A stretch of DNA of 35,639 nucleotides from assembly GCA_049999805.1 (NCBI GenBank), contig JBNGIO010004533.1:1-35639 (forward strand). Reading direction: 5' to 3'. The stretch is from Folioceros fuciformis. Lineage: Eukaryota. Below, one piece after another: positions 1 to 10,648 of this stretch. Under the pieces are notes generated by a model. That model did no database searches, was not told where the DNA came from, and saw only the letters and a program-made list of their open reading frames with translations. Position numbers and translations under genes: made by a program. Every line of letters begins with the position of its first letter. Position 1 is the first letter of the stretch.

Positions 1-1427
1 ATATATAAGTAAAATTGTTTGAGGAGGTCCCAACCCCTCTGAAGAAAACCTGCAGCAATAATGTCCGGGCCTACCGCTTTCCAGGCCTTCGCACCAAAGA
101 GAGCCTGCTACACCTCGTGCAAAGCAGGGGTGGGCCATGGAAAAAGGGAAGTAGCGAACGGGGGAAGAGGAGGGGTGTCTGAAGAAGAGGGGAATAAAGC
201 AAAATGGAGGACAACACACTTGGCAGCATCAGAGTAAGCAAGTGACCTGTTTCCAGAGAGTAAAGGAGGAGTGAAAGACGAGGAAGCGGGTTTAGTGGAG
301 CGATAAATCTTCCAAATATCCGAGTCGCTAGCCTCCATCAGAAATTTCTTCCAATGGTCCTTCTTGGTAGCTTTTACGCTCCGAAAGCACTCATTTCTAA
401 CAGACCGAAAAGCCGCAATATTCCCTGGAGTGTTAGTAATGCGCGTGATCCGACGAGCCCGAGCAAGCCCCTTGCGAAGAGAGGAGAGGGTAGGAGACCA
501 CCAAGGTTTAGCACGGAGGTGAGGGCGTACTACGGGGGTAGATGCGGAGATAGCCTTCTGTAGAGATATTGTGACTTGAGCCACAAGATGATCAATCTGA
601 GCAAAAGTTTGAGGAAGCCCAAGACCCACCAAGTTAGTCGAAACCTTAGAAGCTAAAGTGGAAGAAAATTTGTCCCAGTCAGTAGCTTTGACATTAAGGT
701 GGGAAGGAAGAGGAGGCGGAGGAGGGGAATCTGAGCAGGAAGGAATAATAAGGAACAAACCAATAGCTCAGTGGTCAGACCCCGCATCTAGATCGGGGAG
801 AATATCACAGAAATCAACCAAGTTGCGAACACCCGTAGAAGAAAGCGTGAGATCCAAAGTGAAAGTGTTATTTGTAGAAGACACGAAGGTGGGGCAATCC
901 GAGGGGGTGAGAAGAAAGAGGGGAGTAGTGTTAATGAAGAGGGCAAACTCATTGGCCACCGAGGAAATCACTTCATTAGGTGCAGTAGATTCCCACAAAG
1001 GGTGATGAAGATTGAAATCTCCGAGAGTAAAACAGTGTTGAGAGAGGAAGTGGGCATGTGGAGTGAGAATGCGGATGGTGCTATCGGACCCAGGTGGATT
1101 GTAAAGGTTAACAAAGTTAATGACTTGGCCTGGACAAGAGACCTGGACACATTGGATATCAGGATGGTTAAAAAGATTCCAGCGGGGAGAAATACTACTA
1201 AAGCAAAGGCTTTTATTAACATAGGTGAGGACCCGAGGGCGGGAGGGGAGACTAGGAGAGGGGAGGATAGGAGTCCATTGCGGGTGAGAGAGTGCAGTGG
1301 AAGGGTTAATGACATAAGGCTCCTGAAGGAAAAGAATGTCAAAGGAGGACAGAAGCAGATTCAGAAGAGTAGAGATGACCACACAGGATCGGTGACAGTT
1401 AAGTTGAAAGATCTTGAGGGGACTCAT
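1..1427 (-). pseudogene. LINE ORF2 (APE endonuclease, linker and start of reverse transcriptase) with two in-frame stops
   Basis: APE motifs QLNC, DILFLQEP, NLYNPP, GDFNLHHPLW, TLDLTL and GSDH are followed by TGA at 770-768. The same frame continues through AKPWWS...HWKKFL to TAG at 110-108, then QALFGAKAWKAVGPDII (KAPGPDG-like). Confidence 0.9.
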
Positions 1428-2317
1428 AAGGGGCCTGGTCGAGAGAAAAACTTGGAGTTAGCTTCGAGGCGAGTAGGGCATGAAGGGTCAGTGGCCCGAT
1501 GAGATCCATGGCAGTTGCAGCATAGAGAGGTTGCCACCTTACAATCCGAAGCTGGATGAGGCCCACCACAGTTCAATCATCGCTTCGCGCTCCTACAGAA
1601 GGTCTGAGTGTGTCCAAAACGTTGACACCGGAAGCATTGAGTAGGGCGGGCATTGGGTACAAAAGGTGTCACTCGTAGCATGCCCCCCTGCAAAGCAAGG
1701 CCGCGTCGAAGANNNNNNNNNNNNNNNNNNNNNNNNNNNNNNNNNNNNNNNNNNNNNNNNNNNNNNNNNNNNNNNNNNNNNNNNNNNNNNNNNNNNNNNN
1801 NNNNNNNNNNNNGCAATAACTGTATCACGTACGGCCTCCGACTCCACAATGATACCAAGCGATGTGCAAAACTTTTAACTGCTTGAATTTTAACTTGCCC
1901 AGCATCTGCTGCCAGGAGAGCCCCATTAATTATACCCTTTAAGTCCGCATGTGATAAATCTTGGGGATAGTCCCCATCCTTAAATCTGACAAACATGCGC
2001 TCCTCCATAGTTGGGATCGGCCTTGAGGGGGGAGGACTGCCACCGTGAGAGTGGACCGCAGCAGCATAAGAAGAAGGGCGAGAAACCTTGAACTTAGTTT
2101 TGACTTCATTAGAAGAGGACCGAATAACTTGTTTGAGTTCTTCATTAACTGTAAGCACCTGTTGTTGGATAGCTTCCAAAAAATTGGCCTCCCCTATTAG
2201 TGACTCCACTGCGTTCTCCAAGGCCAGCTTCTCTTCGTTTTTCTTGCCTTTAGCAAGAGGATTAGAGTCTGCAGCCAAAATTCCTATAACCTTTTGAATG
2301 AGGCTAATAGCCTCCAA
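1424..2317 (-). pseudogene. LINE ORF1 (gag-like nucleic-acid-binding protein) with one premature stop
   Basis: Reads QCFRCQRFGHTQTFC, then KR*LNCGGPHPASDC (TGA at 1577-1579 where a Cys is expected), then LCCNCHGSHRATDPSCP. The frame ends at TGA 1426-1424. It contains a 100-N gap and the true start is not evident. Confidence 0.85.
1713..1812. other. Assembly gap (100 N); a second 10-N gap lies at 2514-2523
   Basis: Runs of N. Confidence 1.
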
Positions 2318-2360
2318 GCGTCCAGAATTAGGAGCTATGATGAATGGCTAACCTTGGCAT

Positions 2361-2595
2361 ACGCCAAGGCCTGCACTTTAAGAGGAGGCACTTGACCTGC
2401 GCCAAGGCCTGCACCCTAAGAGGAGGTACTTGACCTGCGCCTAAGGCCTGCACCCTAAGAGGAGGTACTTGACCTACGCCTAAGGCCTGCACCCTAAGAG
2501 GAGGCACTTGACCNNNNNNNNNNACTTGACCTACGCCTAAGGCCTGCACCCTAAGAGGAGGCACTTGACCTACGCCTAAGGCCTGCACCCTAAGA
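2361..2595. repeat. 39-bp tandem repeat (about 6 copies, includes a 10-N gap)
   Basis: Unit CCTAAGGCCTGCACCCTAAGAGGAGGTACTTGACCTACG; it reads VQALGVGQVPPLR repeatedly on the minus strand. Confidence 0.95.
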
Positions 2596-2770
2596 AGAAC
2601 CCTAAGAAGAGGCCTGCACCCTAAGAGGAACCCTAAGAAGAGGCCTGCACCCTAAGAGGAACCCTAAGAAGAGGCATGCACCCTAAGAGGAATCCTAAGA
2701 AGAGGCCTACACCCTAAGAGGAACCCTAAGAAGAGGCCTGCACCCTGGGAGGAACCCTAAGAAGAGGCCC
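2596..2770. repeat. 31-bp tandem repeat (about 5 copies) sharing a core with the 39-bp unit
   Basis: Unit AGAGGCCTGCACCCTAAGAGGAACCCTAAGA. Confidence 0.95.
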
Positions 2771-3174
2771 TTAACCTGCTAGCACCAGGAGAGGAGAGAA
2801 GGGTAATAAATGAATATAAATGAATAATTCTGAGTATAATAAATGAATGAATATATATATCAATTTTGCTTTCAAAAAATAGTTATTTAGAAGGGGCTAG
2901 TACCCTGGTCGGGGTCTTCCACGGGAAGCACTTATAACCGAAGGAGGGCCAAAGGCCAATACCTCCAGGGCACCTACTGGTGACTATGAATTAACGGTGC
3001 ATGCAACCTTACCTGTAAGAGACAGCCCTTGAGACCGCGGCGTCGCTGAACAGGGCAAGCCTTGCTACCGCGGCCCTTCCGATATGGAACACCCATTTTG
3101 GTAGCTAACGAGGTGCAGCTTCACAGCGCAAGCTTCTTGAACCCGGGACTTCAAACCCAGCTGAAACCAAGCGT

Positions 3175-5413
3175 TCAGGACAGTTTTTTCGACGACATGG
3201 GCTGCAAAGCCTGCCGCTTCCTCGTCTTCATTTTCGCCTTCTTTTTCATTTTGGCAACAACTGTGGAGACCGTATTTAAAAAGTTCCCGACGGCCATCGT
3301 CACCAGCAGTAAACCGCAAGCTACGACCTAAGGGTGGTAACATGTGAGACAAGTAGCAACAATTCCATGCACGACTGCGGCAGGAAAGTGGTAAAAAACG
3401 CAGTACCTGCCATTGTGAGTGCTCTTCAAAAAAAGCTGTCCGCAGGAAGAGTAGCCCAATCTCAAACTGGAATGCCTGCACGACGTAAAGGAGGATAAAG
3501 AGACGGCTTGTTGTCATGAAGACTTTGAAATAGATGCCATAGTGCGAGAGCAGGACGCACCTGCAAGATAAACAGTAAAGGGTACAATACCCATAGCTGT
3601 CCCTTTACGCCTGCGGTCTCACCCCAGACGACATCCATCGGACCAGCCTGCATTCAGTCCCAAATGATACGTAGTTGTTCGAAAATTAATAACAATGTCA
3701 ACTTGTTCAGGTACACAAAAAGCTTCACTGAAACTGCAAATATCTAACTCAGGCTAATAACATTTCACAATACCTTGCCAAGCGCAATACGTGTATACAG
3801 CCGCTGCCGTTGATAACGGTTTTGGAGGAGCATGGCAACACCTTGCATGACAGCCCATGACAAGAAACGACGTACTCCTTCCTGTATCCGAAGGAATGCT
3901 TCAAAACGACTATCAGGACAAACTTGTGAACACAGTACACCTAAACACTAAGAGCTGTACCTGCTTTCGCTGACAAGCATCCTGGCCTTGAACACCCCAT
4001 GTCAGGCTGATCAGGGCCATGGCCATTGCAAAGTAGTGGTGATAGACCCACCTGCATGTTCAGCCGGGCATAGGACAGGAATAACGTCAAAGGTTGGAAG
4101 CGATGCACAACCCAAACCATCAGTTCAATAGAAACGGACTCCAAAGATGAATCAGACATATTACCATGGCAGAATGTCACTACCATTCACTCTCAATATG
4201 TTTTCCCTGAGCGCAAGACTTGTGTAGAAAAACAGCAACCACGCCTATCGGTGAAGGAGTCACAAAAACCAGGTCAGTAACCACAAAATGGACAAAGACC
4301 TACGCTGCCAGAATGCACATCCTTACACACCTGATAAGCTTGCACGAGCAGGGCAGGAACACACCCGTTCCACAAGAAATGATTGAGGAGGAGCAAAAGA
4401 GAAGGGAAGGCGAGAAATAGAACAGCTGTGCGATCCTGCGGCCAAAGAGATGCATCAACTCAACGGAATTCAAGCAGACAAAAGGTTTGTGGATCAAGCG
4501 CTGATGGCGGTAGAACCTATTCAATGTCGAAAGCGACAACCATAGCACGAGCATAATCCTTGGAAAGCCATACCCTGAAAGTGTTGTACTCTTCTTTGAC
4601 TTGCAGCCGGACATGATTTTGAGGTGCTCGAACATTTACGGGACCAAGGAGTAACCTTAGAAATAAAACTGTCCATCACGACAGGCTACCGTCAGAAACC
4701 AGCGTCAGCTTGAATCCCTGGGAGCGGACAAGCCAGACCGCACGGTAGCCTTGCATAGCAAGTATATCAACTCTTACAGGGGACTCGTCTAATCATAGAG
4801 CTGTGCCATAATGCACAACCTCCCTGGATTCTCCTCAACAAAAAAAACTTGATACCCCGCACAAAAGCATACGAGGTCGCAATTCCCCCAAATTACATAC
4901 CATTACACTTGTAAGGGAGAAGCGCTCCAACATCACCCTCGTATATCATACTCCGCCCTCTGTACAACTCTTCCCCCAGCTAAACACCAGAACGACAACC
5001 GAAAACATGAAAACACACCCGATTCCCGCACCAAACTTCATGTGCCAAAATTCGAACCCGAATCTCACCCTGTCAGCGAGCTGCTGGCTCATGTGATCTC
5101 TATCCGTAGCCAAACTGAGATCCCCCTGGAGGAGCCTAATTTGCGACTCCAACGCCAGCGCATTCTGGCTGATTGCGTCCGCATCCCGACTGAGCCCTGC
5201 CCTGTAGGTGGCGGCTTCCTCCTGCAAAGCCTTGCAACGCTCGAGAAGCACGGAGACCCGCAGCGCGATCTCGTCAGCTGTAGCGGACTCCTCAGCCTCT
5301 CGCCCCTGCTGCACGCAGTGATTCCTGCGAGCCGTAGGCGAAGCACAGCTGCGCTCCTCCTCCTCCTTCCCGGGCTGCGACGGCTCGTCGGCTGCGCCAC
5401 GCACATCTACCAT
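3175..5413 (-). CDS. TMEM120: TMEM120/TMPIT-like membrane protein (multi-exon)
   Basis: Spliced exons give a coiled-coil N-terminus, then LGEELYRGRSMIYEGDVGALLP, LFLRLLLGPVNVRAPQNHVRLQVKEEYNTFR, DRTAVLFLAFPS, SLALRENILRVNGSDILPW, HHYFAMAMALISLTW, QGVAMLLQNRYQRQRLYTRIALGK, MDVVWGETAGVKGQLW, and a last exon VVACGLLLVTMAVGNFLNTV...KKLS* (TGA 3177-3175). Introns are GT-AG. The ATG at 5413 is the assumed start. Confidence 0.93.
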
Positions 5414-6189
5414 GTCTACAGCCACGGCTGGCCGACCGCATCACACGATTCGGGCACCCGCGCGATCCAACTTCGAGTCGGTCCAGGCTAACGGAACGCC
5501 TCTCCATCAGGCTGCTGCTGCTGCTGTGCCGTGTCGCCTCACCTCGCGCGCATGCATGCGGGATGAGGGCCCGACACTTGGACCTGCGTCTTTCGTGCTT
5601 CCGTTTTTCCTCTCCTTCTCTTGCTACTAACAGTCCAAGGCACAGCAACATAAACAGCATGCAGCAGACGAGCATAGGCGATTTAGAAAGCTCGACTCAA
5701 GACTGGGTTGAGGTACCGTTGGGTGAAAAAGATTGTAAAAGCAAATGCTTTGAAAGGATACCTTACTCCCATCGAAGCCCATCCACCTTTTGCAGTGCAT
5801 AGGGACTAGCCCTTCCTAGTTTCCCAGGGTCCATGAACGTATCTTCCAGGTGAAGGAACGCACCTCTCCAGCAAGGAGCAGTGTAGCAAGAGTCAAGCAA
5901 GAGTCAAGTTGTATTCTGTTGTGACAAGTGGGGGAGGGAAGGAAAGCTGGAAGCTGCAGCTTTTGCCTTTCCTGTGCGTGATGGTGGCCCAGTCTCTCCT
6001 TAAGACGTAGATATATTTGATAAAATATGCAAGACTGTATGGATGAAGAACATCCATCCACTCGTCGCAGACAGCGTGGGAATGGGAAAAGCCAAGCATG
6101 CGCACGCCTTGATGAGTGGAGAGTGGCTGAGGTCTGCCATCTCTCTGGCCAGCTACCACTCAACCGTCTCGTCTCCCATAGATTCAAGC

Positions 6190-6372
6190 GTCTTGTCTGG
6201 TGTCTCAATCCTCCTGAAGTGCGTGTGCTGTGAGGTTGATGTCCCCTGGCCTTGCCTGGTCTAACCTAGCCTTGTCTGGTCTCCCAATCCTCCTCGACTG
6301 TGCGCTCGTGAGGTTGCTGTCCCGTAGCCTAGCCTTGTCTGGTCTCCCAATCCTCGAGTGTGTGCTGTGAGC
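6190..6372. repeat. Imperfect direct repeat of about 63-75 bp (about 3 copies)
   Basis: Recurring CTTGTCTGGTCTCCCAATCCTC...GTGAGGTTG(A/C)TGTCCC blocks. Confidence 0.8.
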
Positions 6373-7870
6373 TTCCTGCCCCTGCTACAAAACGGACTCA
6401 AACTGCCTTGCCACTCATGTCCAGTTTGTACCGGGTCGAAGGCACAGTGTTGCGTTGTGTCGTGTTGTGGCTCCAGCTCTTGTAAGGCAACTGTTGTACT
6501 CCAATGTTTCAAAGCGTCAATGTGAGGCGTTCACGCAGGCGGCACCGATATCTAGTGTGAAAAACGAGGATAGCCGTGTTGACTGCACGAAGGGCCGAGG
6601 TTATGAGCACAGATCGGCAGGAATCTTGCGTCGGTCCTTTGGAGTAGCGAGGAAAGTCAACCAAAATGCGGCTAGCAATGTCAGAGACACGAAGTGCGGC
6701 AGGCGCCATAGTGGAGTATGAATGTTGAGCAGAGCTCAGCTTTTCAGCAGGGATAGGCAACGTCATGGTGCCAACCCTGCGAGCCTTGATGCAGCGGGAT
6801 GCTGGATGACGCCGACAGAGACCGCCTGACATGGGAGTTCATCGTTCCCTCCATTCTTAAGCCCCATTGTTTTCGGTCTTTTGTTGGCCTGATTTGTACG
6901 TTCTCGTGGTTTTCGGCCAGGGTTCTCTCAGCCAACCAGCTGAAGCAGGTGAGACGTGATTATAATGGATCAGACGATCTCGTATCTTCTCCATGAGTAA
7001 AATTCGGAATCGAAAAAATATGAAGGTGATAACTAAACGGGGAGTACCTACAAAACTGATCGCCCATTATTTACCAATTGCTCGGAGTCCTACAACGCAT
7101 ACCTACCTTCCTAGTCTTGCATGGCCCGGCCGAAGACAATGAGTTTGTAATTGCAGATTTACAGGTACTTATCATTGTTAGGAATGTGACAACGTTGGCA
7201 GAGGGGAATTGAGGAAACCCATAGGTGGTCGCATCTCGCATGCACGATGTCATCTCCTTCCTGATTGCAAAATGATCCCAAAGCTGTCGAGTATTGCAAA
7301 CTGGACTTCCCACATGGTTCATACACATTGGAGCAAATTTGCGGCAAGCAAAAATTTATGTGCGGTGGTGGCATCCGCTCTGCTCATAGTGTTAATCTCA
7401 ACATTACTGTCTCGTCGAATGATGCCCCGCGGGCGGTGATGTCCACACTGGGGTTGAGGATGCCTCAAAATGCGTTAGAGGGCCACCGTAGACGTTTTTC
7501 TTGTCAGCTCATGTGGCGTGTGTGCGTGTAAGGGATTGCAAGGGAGAAGAAAATGGAAGCTGTTGTGCCTGGAATGTGCATATTAGGCTACGGTTTTGGA
7601 TAAGCCAGAAGGTGCCAGATTTTGAACACAGCCAGAAGATGAAGTTTGTGAAAACGGCAACTGCCGGGATCTGTTGTTTAGGCAGTTGTTGGACATAGTA
7701 AGAAGAGAACAGATTTGTGAGAATGCGATCGTTTGGGGACAATTTTGGCGACGAAGCAGAAGCTTTGATCACTTGTGGTATTGCTAGCCTACGATGGTGT
7801 ATCAAGGCGGGCTGAAGAGCGCCAAAGCAGTAATCTGAAGGATGTAGACGTGAGAGGAAACCAGGGCACA

Positions 7871-9786
7871 ATGATGCCTATCGAACCTGAAAAATCCAAG
7901 AGTCTGCAAACTGTCGTCACAACAAAGACCGTCTTGGCAACGGTGCTGCTGAATCTTTTCCTCTTGCTTCTGGTCAGCTCCATTCAAGTGAAAGCGCTTC
8001 TCGTGCTTTGGCGTTGGTACTCGGGATTTGTGTCGGATGGAAGCCCGCGGTCACCGATTGAAGTTTCCCCTGCGAAAGTTGTGCCATTTGACTGGACACC
8101 ATATCTGTCTGGCGGGGAATACACTTTGAGGCAGGCGATCGACGGTTGCTGGATACAGGCATACGAAGGAGTCTTACCGACGTGTGAAATCGGTTCTGAC
8201 AAAGAGAAAAGGTCAAGGATAGCATTGGCTCTTGCCAACTGCTTCTTGGCTTCATCTGGCTTTCCTCGGGCTCACTGCCCTGACTCGAGGCCTGCGCTTG
8301 AATGCACCGCCAATTTTCCAGACGACGTCCATTCCATTTTTGTTGTGTTCTACAATGAAGTGAATTCGATCTGCCATCAACTGCAGTGAGTTCTTCATCC
8401 AAGGCTTTGGCTTGTCCGCCTCTTAGACTGCAATGTTCTGATCCGTGAGAGTCTTATTCTGAGACTGGCTAATGTGGGAGGACAAAAACATTAATCCGCT
8501 TGGCTGTGCAGAAAAACATCTGTACTTCAGACCGCAAAAGCGCCTTCTGATGATGGGAGACTAGAAAGACCGGCGGAAAAAGTACAGGGAATTGGTTCAG
8601 GTACCGTGACAAAGGCAGAGGCGGACTATCTGGTTTCAACCCCAAATGCAGCGGGTGCGGTGCCTGTCGGGACGGCAAACAGGATTGAGTCGGTACTGGC
8701 AGAGCTGTCGGCCATAGCCTCAGACGCGCAAGGAGGCATGGAGGTAAAAAGCCAACTTGGACTCGTTGCGTTTCTTGAATCCAAGAACATTAGCAGTGCT
8801 CATGACGTTAACCTTCATTGCTGCCAGACTGTTCTTATGTCTCAAGACCATATGCTGCAGCAGCAAAAAACACTGGCAGATGCATTGTCTCTGGAACTTA
8901 CGAGGTTGCAGACAGATCATGCTGATATTTCTGCCCCAATAATCGCGTTTCTTCAAGAGTTGCCGGAACTCAGGGGACCACCAGAGCTAGACAAGAACTC
9001 AGAAGTTTGGACAGCCATGGATGAGAGCACGACATCACTCCATCAACTGTCGGAATTGGCAAGGTTGCACAAAGACGGGTTCACAAGCTGGCAGGGTGAA
9101 CTGGACGCGATGTATCAGCGCTTGGCACATGGCTCGTCGGAGCTGCTGAAGTCTCAGGTCATTTTTCTTCGACATGCATCGTTCCACTCCTTCGTCAGAT
9201 TCATGAAGAGTAGCAAATACCCCCGGAATTGCATGTTATGCTGCAAGTGTGTTCGGCAATCCAGTAACAGGCGTTGTCCTAATTGTGAAACAGGAGGCTA
9301 TCGCAGCAAAGCAGTCTGCAGCTGTTGAATCCTTGGATACCCTGTTCTCTTCATATGATGCGATCGTGGATGACAAAAAACCTCTGAAGACGTTCTTTTT
9401 CTACCTAGTAGTTGCTTGTTTTTTGTACTTTATCACCAATATCAGGCAGACCCACCGAGCAAGGATGCTGGTTTACTACGGTTAGGACAATGGCCGTCCT
9501 TAGTGCAATACCAAGATGAGCCATCTGCTATCTTCGGATGCCCTTGCCCTTGCCCGTTCTCTATTTTGTGTTTTGAAGGCAGTGTGTACCTGAGACAATG
9601 CCATGTGCAGTTTTCCTTCCAGGCACATGCTTGGAGGTGTTGTTGGTCCTCCTTCAAGTGACCGGGCTGTCGAAGAAATTGCGGACGCTTAATGTTGAGC
9701 TGTCCTGGATCAGAGGAGTCGTCACTGCCTTGGAATTACTGGGATTCGACTACAAAACCAGATGTTTGAGGTGTTTACCAGTATAG
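7871..9786 (+). CDS. GEX1: GEX1/Brambleberry/Kar5-family nuclear membrane fusion protein (multi-exon; internal exon boundaries and 3' end uncertain)
   Basis: A hydrophobic N-terminal segment precedes the six-Cys domain CWIQAY..C..EKRSRIALALANCFLASSGFP..C..LEC..VFYNEVNSICHQLQ (donor GT at 8386). Coiled-coil-like exons follow, then the TM exon LKTFFFYLVVACFLYFITNIRQTHRARMLVYYG and the next exon TCLEVLLVLL. Confidence 0.85.
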
Positions 9787-10648
9787 GTGTCTTCGACAGG
9801 AAGGCACAAAAAGAGTTCTTCGTGCTAATTCGTCAGAACGTGTGCAGAGGTATGGCGCTGTTACTGTTCAAGCCGCTCCTGGTATTCAAGAGGCTTCTGG
9901 CGGGCTCTCCAAGTGAGAAACAAGCTTGTCACTTACCACCTTGCAGACCGTGTGTTCTATCCGGTGCTGACGGTTTGCAAATTTGGCCTAGAAGCTGCGG
10001 ACGCAAGGGATCCTCTTTACCGTCTCCCTCGTAAGGAACAGCGGCAACGGCACCGATACATTCTCCGCGAAGGAGTGAGGAGGTACTAGCCTATTTCTGT
10101 GTCGAACGACAGGGAGCATCTACGAAACGACAATTTGACGGCTTTATCTTCTTTGGTCACAGGCCTGATCGTGTGCGGCCCAAAACCGCAGACCTGCTCA
10201 ACACGGAGTCGGTGGAAGAATTCACAGCGAGGATTATGAAAGGCCGTCCATTTGACGATGACTAATGGGTCATGCGACAGACCTGACAAACATCCTCGAC
10301 ACCGAGGAACATATGAAGGATTGACCACGTTGCACAAGCCACGCGAGAACTGTCGACAAGTGGATGGCACAAAAGGAAACTTCTCTCTTCCGGCCCACTC
10401 TTATTTGGGACGTCGCGAGTTGGACTTTTCTCCAGCTAACGCTTTAGGTGATGGAAGCGATGCACTTGTGGGTGGTTGGTGCCGTTAGCAAGACGCTTTT
10501 AGAGCAGCAGAGCTGAGCAATGCCTCTCTCTGGAATGGTATCCCTGCTGTACACCTACCTAGTCACATTGTAGTAGATGCCATCATTTGCACACGATGTG
10601 CTGTCATCATGACTTCCAAGGCAATGTAGCTGCCGGAGTGCCAGACCA

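Larger units (their letters stand above)
1..2990 (-). mobile_element. Decayed non-LTR retrotransposon (LINE, Tad/I-like), 5' part; RT continues beyond the left edge of the window
   Basis: ORF1 has three Cys-His knuckles and is followed directly by an APE endonuclease ORF2 and the pre-RT motif KAVGPDII. There are in-frame stops, and tandem repeats lie upstream. The 5' boundary is approximate. Confidence 0.9.

Noticed and set aside
2328..2588. 86-aa repetitive ORF (VQALGVGQVPPLR)n
   Set aside because: It is a by-product of a 39-bp repeat, is out of frame with LINE ORF1, and spans an N gap.
3175..9786. TMEM120 and GEX1 adjacency as a nuclear-envelope functional cluster
   Set aside because: Neighbourhood alone is not evidence in a gene-dense eukaryotic genome, and no synteny data are available.
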